Positions 7,827-23,126 of a stretch of DNA of 64,000 nucleotides are shown piece by piece (the first letter of the stretch is position 1; the number at the start of each line of letters is the position of its first letter). The stretch is from Candidatus Moraniibacteriota bacterium (GTDB lineage: Bacteria > Patescibacteriota > Minisyncoccia > Moranbacterales > UBA1568). Below the pieces are notes generated by a model, which saw only the letters and a program-made list of their open reading frames with translations, ran no database searches and had not been told where the DNA came from. Position numbers and translations under genes: made by a program. Where the stretch lies: positions 279,488 to 343,487 of the forward strand of contig CAVURJ010000001.1 of assembly GCA_963743885.1 (NCBI GenBank), written 5' to 3'.

Positions 7827-9566
7827 CTATGCCTTTGAGGCAATCTCTTCTGAGAGGCGCTTGGTGATATCTTCGATCGATAGGGCGCCGACCTTGCCAG
7901 TCCGGCTTTCGAGGGTCGCGGTCCGGTCGGTGACTTCCTGGTCGCCGATGACGAGGGTGTAGGGGGTTTTCGAGACTTTGGCGTTCCGGATACGCTTGCC
8001 GAGGGACTCGTTGTCAGCATCGAGCGTGGCGCGGATGCCGGCAGCCTGGAGTGCTGCGAGGATCTCTTTCGCGAAAGCATGATGTCCTTCGCCGATTGGG
8101 AGGATGGTCGCCTGGACCGGAGAGAGCCAGAGCGGGAAAGCGCCGGCGTAGTGCTCGATGAGGATACCCATGAAGCGCTCGAGCGATCCGGAGATGGCAC
8201 GATGGATGACGACAGGTCGCTCCTTCTCGCCCTTCTCGTTGATGTAAGAGAGCTCGAAGCGTTCTGGTAGGTTGAAATCGCACTGGATGGTGGCGAGCTG
8301 CCATTCCCGTCCGATAGCGTCTTTGAACATGAAGTCGAGTTTCGGACCATAGAAAGCGGCTTCGCCTTCCACTCGGCGGTAATTCAGGCTGTTTTCCTTG
8401 GCAGCCTTCTCGAGAGCGCCTTCAGCAGCATCCCAGGCCTCATCGGTACCGAGGTATTTGCTCTTGTCTTCGCCGCGCACCGAGAGCGAGACCCAGTAGC
8501 CGTCCATCATGCCGAAGATTGTGTAGAACTCCTTGATGATAGAGACGATAGTCGAGACTTCTGATTCGATCTGGGAAACGCGGCAGAAGAGGTGGCCATC
8601 GTCCTGGGTGATGGAACGGACGCGAGTGAGGCCGCCCAATTGTCCGGACTTCTCATCACGGTAGACGGTGGCTGGCTCGAAGTAGCGGACCGGCATGTCG
8701 CGGTAGGAGAACTGGTTGTCCGCGAAGATCTGCATGTGGTGCGGGCAGTTCATCGGCTTCATGATGAACTTCTCTTCTTTACCGGAGACGCGGAAGAGCT
8801 CGTCACCGAACTTGGCAGCGTGGCCGGAGGCGATGTAGAGGTCTTCCTTGGCGATATGAGGTGTCCAGACGCGATCGTAGCCTTTGTCTTGATGCAGGTT
8901 CCAGAGGAGATCCTCAATCTGCTTTCGGATGATCATGCCTTTCGGCTGCATGAGGGGGAGTCCGGCTCCGACCAGGGGTGAAATCGTGAAGAGTCCGAGC
9001 TCGCGACCGAGCTTCTTATGGTCGCGCTTCTTCGCTTCTTCCTGCTGGAGAAGGTAGGCGGCGAGCTCGGCCTTGGTCGCGAAGGCGAGGCCATAGACAC
9101 GGGTGAGCATCGGCTGGTTCTCGTCGCCGCGGAAGTACGCGCCGGCGAGGTGGGTGAGCGTGAAGGCCTGCGGATCGATCTCAGAAGTATTCTCGACGTG
9201 GCGGCCTTCGCAGAGGTCGGCAAATTCGCCGGTCTCATAGAGGCTGACTGCCTCACCAGCCTTTTCGATATCGTCGATGATGGCGAGCTTGTAAGGATTG
9301 CCAGTGTAGCGCTCGCGAGCTTCGCTTATGGAAATCTCTTTCCTGACGAAATCGAGCTTCCGGTGGACGAGGGAACGCATAGCTTTCTCGAACTTCGGCA
9401 GATCCTCTGGTTTCGGAGCCATTCCTTCGGAGAAATCGATGTCGTAGTAGAAGCCATTTTCGGTGACTGGGCCGACGGAAAGCCGGGCCTTTGGATCGTG
9501 CTCGAGGGCGGCAATAGCGAGGAGGTGAGCTAGCGAATGGCGGACATGGTAGAGTTGTTCGTCCAT
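7827..9566 (-). CDS. thrS: Threonyl-tRNA synthetase
   Basis: HSLAHLL editing-domain motif, class II catalytic core and C-terminal anticodon-binding domain. Length 579 aa. Confidence 0.9.
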   Translation of the reverse strand: MDEQLYHVRHSLAHLLAIAALEHDPKARLSVGPVTENGFYYDIDFSEGMAPKPEDLPKFEKAMRSLVHRKLDFVRKEISISEARERYTGNPYKLAIIDDIEKAGEAVSLYETGEFADLCEGRHVENTSEIDPQAFTLTHLAGAYFRGDENQPMLTRVYGLAFATKAELAAYLLQQEEAKKRDHKKLGRELGLFTISPLVGAGLPLMQPKGMIIRKQIEDLLWNLHQDKGYDRVWTPHIAKEDLYIASGHAAKFGDELFRVSGKEEKFIMKPMNCPHHMQIFADNQFSYRDMPVRYFEPATVYRDEKSGQLGGLTRVRSITQDDGHLFCRVSQIESEVSTIVSIIKEFYTIFGMMDGYWVSLSVRGEDKSKYLGTDEAWDAAEGALEKAAKENSLNYRRVEGEAAFYGPKLDFMFKDAIGREWQLATIQCDFNLPERFELSYINEKGEKERPVVIHRAISGSLERFMGILIEHYAGAFPLWLSPVQATILPIGEGHHAFAKEILAALQAAGIRATLDADNESLGKRIRNAKVSKTPYTLVIGDQEVTDRTATLESRTGKVGALSIEDITKRLSEEIASKA

Positions 9567-9780
9567 AGCAGTACTGTCTTTAGGGAATGATTGTCTCCAT
9601 AGTAGCGCAAAAAAGAGGCCTAGGAAAGCCCCGCCCTATTTCCGAATCAGGCCTGTGGCGAGGGAAAATATTTTCCACGGAAACGCCTGCAGCTTTGCAT
9701 GTGGCAGGGGGGTATGAGCAAAGAAAAAGGGCGGGACAAGCCCTCCCTCTATCTTATCGGATCCGATGAGACTTTCAGTC

Positions 9781-11205
9781 TCATTTCTTCTCTTCTACCT
9801 CCTGGATGGAGAGATTGAGGTCTTTCTTGAGTTCGTAGGATTGAGTGTATTCCTTGTCTTTGGTTTTGATGGTCACAGTGACCGGGATGGACCCGACGCC
9901 AGACTGTTTCTGGATGAGGAGGCGGTAATTGTCGGCAGTGATGGTATCCGGGAGGGTATATTCGATGCCGGTCTCGAGCTCGCGGTTCATGAGGGCGTCG
10001 ACCTTGTAGCCGAAGACGGTCTTCTTGAGGTCGGTCGAATCTTGTCCGGTGACGCCGCCCGTGTGCCGGCGGGACTGGTCGATGTACTTCGATCCGAGCG
10101 GAGCCAGGATGCGGGTATAGGTATGGTAGTCGCTTGTCCGCCAGTCTCCATACGTCGCCGTGTGGTTGTAGGTGTAGGAGACGTTCGCTTTCGGATGTTC
10201 GCCAGTGAAGTCGACCGTGTACGCGAGCGAGCGCTTCACGTAGTAGTCGCTCTTGAGCGCGCCCAAGTTGGCATCAACGACCATGAGGTAGTCATTGGTC
10301 CAGTCGTCCGCGACGCCGCCGTCCCAGTGGACGCTCTCAACCTGCGCCTGGAGACTCTCATCATGGAAGTAGAGCATGATGTCCTTGGTGCGAAGCTCAT
10401 TTTGTGCGAATTCAGCAACTTTCGGGATATTTTCGACATGGTTGAGCCGGGTGATCATCTCGGCGGCGATCCGCTTCATGATGTTTTTGCGGTTCTCCTT
10501 GAGTTCGGCCGGTACGTCGTCGCCGAGGTAGTTCTTCTCGACCGCCTCTTCGAGCTTGAGTGCGCCATCCTGGCTCGTGAAGGTGCCGAAGCCAGGCATG
10601 GTGATATCGCCGGTCAGTGTGAGCGCGTGGTTGAAGACGTCGGAGTTGACCGCGATGACGCCATCAAACTTCTCGCGTCCGCCGCCTAAGCGGTAGAAGT
10701 ATTCCGCCTTCCCGGCGTTGTAGGGGAAGTCCGGGGAGAAGTTGGAATCACGGAGCATCCAGCGCTTGATCTGGGCATAGCGGGTGAGCGGCCAGGGCGG
10801 AGTGATCTTGATGTTGGCGTTCTTGATGCGCTGGTCGAGGAGGTTGGCATCTTCGACGACGGTCGAGACGATGGAGCCGTTCTTCACCTTCACGACGGCG
10901 TATTGGCCGAGGAAGCCGCCGCCGGGACGAAGCTCATAGTTGTTCTGGAGGAGCACCATGTAGACCCGCGTCTTGTCGTCCTGCTTGGCGAGTTCTTGGA
11001 CGAGAGCATTCGCGACTTCGATCTCCTTTTTGGTGTCGGCTTCGATCGGGAGGAGCCGGGAGACTTTCTGGAAGACGTTGAGCGACGAGGCGGCAAATTC
11101 CGTCTTGTGATCCTTGGCGTAGAAGAACGTGTAGACACCGCCGCCGATGATGGCGGTCAGTATGACGAAGAGAGCGATGCGGCCTTTGGTGAAGAAGGAA
11201 GACAT
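9781..11205 (-). CDS. DUF4012 domain membrane-anchored protein
   Basis: N-terminal TM helix; ELRPGGGFLGQYAVV is characteristic of DUF4012. Confidence 0.65.
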   Translation of the reverse strand: MSSFFTKGRIALFVILTAIIGGGVYTFFYAKDHKTEFAASSLNVFQKVSRLLPIEADTKKEIEVANALVQELAKQDDKTRVYMVLLQNNYELRPGGGFLGQYAVVKVKNGSIVSTVVEDANLLDQRIKNANIKITPPWPLTRYAQIKRWMLRDSNFSPDFPYNAGKAEYFYRLGGGREKFDGVIAVNSDVFNHALTLTGDITMPGFGTFTSQDGALKLEEAVEKNYLGDDVPAELKENRKNIMKRIAAEMITRLNHVENIPKVAEFAQNELRTKDIMLYFHDESLQAQVESVHWDGGVADDWTNDYLMVVDANLGALKSDYYVKRSLAYTVDFTGEHPKANVSYTYNHTATYGDWRTSDYHTYTRILAPLGSKYIDQSRRHTGGVTGQDSTDLKKTVFGYKVDALMNRELETGIEYTLPDTITADNYRLLIQKQSGVGSIPVTVTIKTKDKEYTQSYELKKDLNLSIQEVEEKK

Positions 11206-11302
11206 GATAGAAAAGATGAATGGTAAGACATTTCCTAGTCTATCATTGAGAGCCTTTACAGGGAAGCCTTCTGGGCGCTACAATGGGTTCCGTCGGATGA
11301 AA

Positions 11303-11373
11303 GCGGGTATAGTATAGTGGTAATACGTGACCTTCCCAAGGTTAAGCGACGGGTTCGATTCCCGTTACCCGCT
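11303..11373 (+). tRNA. tRNA-Gly (anticodon CCC)
   Basis: Acceptor GCGGGTA/TACCCGC, D-stem GTAT/ATAC, anticodon stem TGACC/GGTTA with loop TTCCCAA, T-arm ACGGG-TTCGATT-CCCGT. Confidence 0.85.
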
Positions 11374-11636
11374 CTAGTGAAGCAAAGAGAAGTGGTCTTC
11401 TGCCACTTCCCTTTGCTTTTTAGGGGTAATGGGAATCGAAGGGCGCGAGTCGGATGCGAGTGAACGAGCATCCTGTGTGTAGCGCCCAGGCTCCGAGTCG
11501 GAGCGAGGAGGATTCCCGTATCTCGCTCAAGACTAGTATATCAATGAGGCGGGTTGGATTTTTACCCGCCTCTGGCGGGCCCGTTACCCGCTCATAAGAA
11601 TAAAAGACCCTGGCTTATTCCGGGTCTTTTGTTTTT

Positions 11637-13610
11637 TCATATCCCATTCAACCAGGCGTTGATCTGCGCGTTGATCCGCATGAAGAGATCGCTCGTGGGA
11701 CTTTTTTCGGTTTTGGATGATTCGGTGATGGCTGGCGTGACAGGAACGGAGTCGTGTGGCGTATAGGCGATTGCTCTCGGCATCTTGAGACTGAGACCGT
11801 AGCTCAAGAGATCTGAGAGCTGTGGCCGGTCAGGATCGTCGGTCATCAGATCGTTCCTGATGACAGCGGGATGTGGAACCGACTCTTCTTCTGGGAGCGG
11901 CGCTTCTGGTCCGGTAGGGGAAGCTGTTTCTTCGGTTGGCATCTCTGTCATGGCGCCGGCCACTGCCGCCTCTTGTTCATCATTCTCATTCTCTTGTCTC
12001 CCACTTGTTGTCCCATGTTTCCTGCTCGTTGTTCCTTGTTCACTGATAGTAAGTTTCCACTTCTCGCCTTTCTTCTTGATGTAGACAGCGTCTTCGGGCG
12101 CTGATTTTTCGAGCTTGTACTTGATTTCTTGCAGGACCTCGCCGTCCGGTGCGCGGAGTTCGATCTTGCCTTTCTCATTTGGTAGCGTGAAGAGTGAATA
12201 CTCTCGAGTAAGCCGAGCAGAGGATTTCGGCGGGATGATGAAGCTTTCGCGGACAGGGTGGTTGGCGAGTTTCTTCCAACCGGTCGCGATACCGAAGCCC
12301 TTGAGGTCGGCAGGCTTTTTCTTTTCGCGGTTCTCGATCAAGATCCATTCGCTGTCAGTGTCTTTGCCATCGGGGTTGGGGATGAAGGAGACGATGCGGA
12401 CATCCGGAGCCTCATAGGAGACGATCTTGATCGTGAATGTCTCGAGAGTATCATCACTGCCGTCGGAGACCGTGAGCGTGACGGTGTATTCGCCGTTCTT
12501 CTCGTAGGTATGCGAAGTCTCTGCCTTGTAGCTCTTGTGGCCGTCGCCGAAGTCCCATGTGTATTTGAGCTTGTCCTTGTCGGCATCCTTGCCTTTGGCA
12601 GCCATGGCGACTGGCATACCTTTGTAGCCTTTCTTCGGTACTTTTTCTTTCGTCGTTGGCAGATTGTTCAGGATATTGGCTGCTCCGGGCGTCGGCGTGC
12701 CGCCGCGCCAGCCGGAGGAAGTGTAGTTGAGTGAGACGTTCTCTTTCGTTTTGCTATAGCAGATTTCATGCACGATGACTTTGCTTTTGTCTATGAGAGT
12801 GATTCGATTGCCGCCGTCATCATTGAGTGATATTTCGTCTTTTAAGGCGAAATATCCGTGGCTAGCTATATTCCCGTCAGTTTCGAGAAAGACGTATGTG
12901 TCATTTTTGTCCTTAAGAGTAAATCCCCGTAGAGGGACCGCGTCTTTTCCGGGGTTGTAGAGTTCTACGAATTCCTCGAAGTCTTTTTTGGGGTGGGGCA
13001 GAAATTCGCTGATGCGAATAGTATCTGATTGCGGATTTGTCACGCAGTATGGTCGAGGGGTGTAGAGGATACCTTTGCTGTTGGTTGGAGTTGGAATATC
13101 AGTGATGGACCAGAGTAATGTTGTTATGTCGCGGATTAGGCTTTGGCCATCTCTCGGACTATTTGGAAAATTAAAATAAGAGGTATCGAACGGGGATGTG
13201 CTTTCCCATGATACAGAATCGATGATGGTATCACCCGATTTTTTCGGCGGAAGAAGAGCGAGACTGTATTTTTCAGAGAGGCCGTTTCCGGTCTTCGCAT
13301 CTGACATATCAGCGTAGACGCTATCGCTTCTAGCCCAGAGAAAGTATCCTTTTTCCGGTATGGTTGATCCTGATGTGAATTGGACGAGAGAATCTTCTTT
13401 CCCGGCGCTATTTTTTACGCGCAGGCGATAGCCAGTGATATCTTTTTTAGAATCATCTGGATTGTAAAGCTCAACGAAGTCATCGCTCGAGCTGTCTTCG
13501 CTGCCGATCTGGATCTCACTGATGATGATATCTGGTCCGGAAGCTCTGGCACCGGATGCGGTGAAGGCGATGAGGACCGCGAATGCGAGCAGATTTCTTT
13601 TTGTCTGCAT
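11637..13610 (-). CDS. Secreted surface protein with lamin-tail (LTD) domains and a PKD domain
   Basis: Signal peptide. Two IISEI..VELYNP LTD-like segments; YTWDFGDGHKSYKAETSHTYEKNGEYTVTLTVSD PKD motif. Terminator aagaccctggcttattccgggtctttt downstream. Confidence 0.65.
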   Translation of the reverse strand: MQTKRNLLAFAVLIAFTASGARASGPDIIISEIQIGSEDSSSDDFVELYNPDDSKKDITGYRLRVKNSAGKEDSLVQFTSGSTIPEKGYFLWARSDSVYADMSDAKTGNGLSEKYSLALLPPKKSGDTIIDSVSWESTSPFDTSYFNFPNSPRDGQSLIRDITTLLWSITDIPTPTNSKGILYTPRPYCVTNPQSDTIRISEFLPHPKKDFEEFVELYNPGKDAVPLRGFTLKDKNDTYVFLETDGNIASHGYFALKDEISLNDDGGNRITLIDKSKVIVHEICYSKTKENVSLNYTSSGWRGGTPTPGAANILNNLPTTKEKVPKKGYKGMPVAMAAKGKDADKDKLKYTWDFGDGHKSYKAETSHTYEKNGEYTVTLTVSDGSDDTLETFTIKIVSYEAPDVRIVSFIPNPDGKDTDSEWILIENREKKKPADLKGFGIATGWKKLANHPVRESFIIPPKSSARLTREYSLFTLPNEKGKIELRAPDGEVLQEIKYKLEKSAPEDAVYIKKKGEKWKLTISEQGTTSRKHGTTSGRQENENDEQEAAVAGAMTEMPTEETASPTGPEAPLPEEESVPHPAVIRNDLMTDDPDRPQLSDLLSYGLSLKMPRAIAYTPHDSVPVTPAITESSKTEKSPTSDLFMRINAQINAWLNGI

Positions 13611-13702
13611 ATCCGTTTTTTCTTATCTTACGACAGACTTGAAAAATGTTCTAGAGTGTGCTATACTGTCTATGAAAGGTTGCGAAAACAAAGCAAAAAA
13701 CC

Positions 13703-14026
13703 ATGACTGAAGAGAAAAAGACCGTCCGGGCAAAGAAAGAAAGCGGCCATACCGGACTCTTCCTAGAAATCATCTTTCAGAGCATCCGATCGTTCATTGA
13801 TGGGACGATTGAGAGCATGCATCAGGCCGCACATCGGTTCGCGCGCAATCTGATGCGTCGGACAGCGGCGTTCTTCTTCTGTCTCGTCGGACTCGCGTTC
13901 ATCTTCGCTGGCTTCGCTAAGCTCCTCAATGCTGTGTATCCGCTCCCGGGCGTTGGCGAGGCGACGGTCGGTGTATTCATGCTGCTTCTGGCTTCAGTGC
14001 TCTATGCATTCAGCCGGGAGGAGTAA
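13703..14026 (+). CDS. YqjE-like small inner-membrane protein (DUF1469 / holin-X family)
   Basis: 107 aa, two C-terminal TM helices, basic N-terminus. Adjacent to a DUF883 gene, as in E. coli yqjD-yqjE. Confidence 0.45.
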   Translation: MTEEKKTVRAKKESGHTGLFLEIIFQSIRSFIDGTIESMHQAAHRFARNLMRRTAAFFFCLVGLAFIFAGFAKLLNAVYPLPGVGEATVGVFMLLLASVLYAFSREE

Positions 14027-14048
14027 TAAATAATCTGTCTAGCAGCAT

Positions 14049-14288
14049 ATGCAGAAGAAAAAGACGACGGTGGAGGAAGTGAAGGGGAAGGTGATGGCTG
14101 AGCTTGAGAAGAGCCGCCAGATGGCTGAGAAGGAGATGGCCAAGGTGAAGAAGCATGTTGATTCCTCGATCAAGCAGGTCAACGACTATGTGAAGAAGAA
14201 TCCGAAGGAGGCCGCGGCAATCGCTGCTGGTATCGGTGCTGCGCTCGGCGCCGCCATCGCGCTCCTCGTGAGCAAGAAGAAGAAATAG
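14049..14288 (+). CDS. YqjD/ElaB-like (DUF883) membrane-anchored protein
   Basis: 79 aa, charged coiled-coil N-terminus, C-terminal AAIAAGIGAALGAAIALLV TM anchor. Confidence 0.55.
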   Translation: MQKKKTTVEEVKGKVMAELEKSRQMAEKEMAKVKKHVDSSIKQVNDYVKKNPKEAAAIAAGIGAALGAAIALLVSKKKK

Positions 14289-14375
14289 CCTGAAGCTATA
14301 TCAAGTCCCGCCCGAGAGCGGGACTTTTTCTTTTAGGCTATAATAAGAAGGTGTAAACTACATATCTTTTCCGTT

Positions 14376-15185
14376 ATGGGTCTTGTCGGATTGCTCGCAA
14401 CAGTCGCTCTCATGGCAGTCGCGTCCTGGTATATGCTTGCTGGGCCGTCTTCGCCGAGCGTCGTGGTGGATACTACGGATACGGTACCCGCGGTCGTAGA
14501 GGGTTCGGCTGTTCCGGCGGATACGAATAGTGTCGCGGGAGCGCAGGCGCTCATCGGCCAGGCGACTGGGCTCAAGGCAGCACTTGAAAAGAAGACCGCT
14601 GATGAAGTGGCTATGACTGAAGACAGTCAACAAACAACAAATAACAGTCAACAGGGAGCAACTAACAGTCAGCAGTTAACAGCCAACAGTCAACAGGGAG
14701 TAAAAGATTCAAAGGCTAACGAAGCTCTCTCAATCATCGACAAGAAGGTTTCGTTTGGTTTTTCGGTATCGTCCGGACGGAAGATTGATACAGTCGTGTT
14801 GCATTCGTCCTATGACGCGCTCGGGTCTGAGCCGTATTCTGTATCGGGCACCATCAAGGAGTACGGGGAATACGGCGTCGCGCCGCATTATCTGATTGAT
14901 CGGAAGGGGAATATCTATCGTCTCGTGGATGACAAGAATATCGCCTATCATGCCGGCGAGAGCCAGATGAAGGATGGCCGGACAGGAGTGAATGGCTTTT
15001 CAATCGGTATCGAGCTTTTGAATAAGGAAGATGATCAGTATACGGATGCCCAATATGCGGCTGTGAATAGTCTGATCGCGTACCTCAAGGACTTGTATCC
15101 GATCAAGTCTGTCGTTGGCCATGACGATATCGCTCCTGGCCGTAAGACTGACCCTTGGAACTTCGAGTGGAAGAGAGTGAAATGA
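14376..15185 (+). CDS. N-acetylmuramoyl-L-alanine amidase (Amidase_2/PGRP family)
   Basis: AYHAG..FSIGIEL..GHDDIAPGRKTDP motifs. N-terminal TM/signal and a Q/N/T-rich repetitive linker. Confidence 0.75.
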   Translation: MGLVGLLATVALMAVASWYMLAGPSSPSVVVDTTDTVPAVVEGSAVPADTNSVAGAQALIGQATGLKAALEKKTADEVAMTEDSQQTTNNSQQGATNSQQLTANSQQGVKDSKANEALSIIDKKVSFGFSVSSGRKIDTVVLHSSYDALGSEPYSVSGTIKEYGEYGVAPHYLIDRKGNIYRLVDDKNIAYHAGESQMKDGRTGVNGFSIGIELLNKEDDQYTDAQYAAVNSLIAYLKDLYPIKSVVGHDDIAPGRKTDPWNFEWKRVK

Positions 15186-15326
15186 ATTGAAGAAATTCAA
15201 AATTTAAAATCACAAGCTCCAAATAAATTCAAAAACTATAATTTTAAAAATAAGATGCCCTTAAGATACTCTGAGTTTTGATATTGCAATTTATTTGATA
15301 TTTGTAATTTTGAATTTGGTGCTTTT
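15186..15326. repeat. AT-rich intergenic repeat (shares ~130 bp of motifs with 43545-43684)
   Basis: cacaagctccaaataaattcaaaa ... ttttgaatttggtgctttt versus tacaagctccaaataaacttcaaa ... ttttgaatttggtgctttc. Confidence 0.55.
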
Positions 15327-15626
15327 ATGACGTATGTATTCAGACTGAAAATAGAGAAAGACAAATCATCGCTTGCATTGGTTAAGGATGGAGCAGTGCG
15401 GGCGGCACGTGAGTGGTCTGAGACCCGCGATATGGGACAGCGGCTGTTCCAGGCGATCGATGAGCTACTCTCTGAACAGGGGATCAAGCCGGAAGATGTG
15501 GCTGATTTTGAGATTGATTCGGATATGCCGGACGGGTATATGTCGATGCGTATTGCAGAAACAGTCAAAAAGACGTATACTTTCGGTGTAGCTTCTCTCC
15601 GCTCCGATGGAGCGGTTGGCGGCTGA
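15327..15626 (+). CDS. TsaB/YeaZ-like N-terminal domain protein (truncated, 99 aa)
   Basis: LALVKDGAVRAAREWSETRDMGQRLFQAIDELLSEQGIKPEDV matches the TsaB N-terminal half (ALL.DG.VLAER.W..R.HSERLLPMIDELL..AGI...DLDA). The C-terminal half is absent. Confidence 0.4.
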   Translation: MTYVFRLKIEKDKSSLALVKDGAVRAAREWSETRDMGQRLFQAIDELLSEQGIKPEDVADFEIDSDMPDGYMSMRIAETVKKTYTFGVASLRSDGAVGG

Positions 15627-15959
15627 GTACCGGGATGAAGAACCAAAAGCAATAGATTTTTTTCATACGAAAGGCTCCAAAAGGCCATTTTTTGGTTTCT
15701 ATTTGACAGGGAAAACAAAGCTTGTTATAGTGAACGGTATTGTTTCGGAAAAGTAGTCGACTTTCGTCTCGAATCGCCTCTTGGGTGCAAGGTCTGTGGC
15801 GAGACCGAGTTGGAATCGTTGCTTGGAGCAGCTAACATTTCCAACAGAATGGAGCGCGCAACCGCCCCGTCCATAATCAAATAGTTTATCCGATAAACTC
15901 ATTTGCCCTACTTGTTTCGTCCCTATCACGAGACAAGGAGTGCGCGTGAGCGTCTTTTT

Positions 15960-19370
<3,411 letters not shown>

Positions 19371-19385
19371 CTCCTCACTCACATA

Positions 19386-23003
<3,618 letters not shown>

Positions 23004-23126
23004 GAGCCCGCACCTCTCTTTTCTTCGCAAAACGCCCCTTCTGGGGCGTTTTCGCTTTTTGAGCGGAAGGGCGGTTCCGTGATATACTGCGGAAACAAGG
23101 TGATAACCTATGTCTTTTTCGTATAT

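Noticed and set aside
9766-10689. 307-aa plus-strand ORF
   Set aside because: Entirely antisense to the DUF4012 gene, which has a recognisable family motif. No start or SD support.
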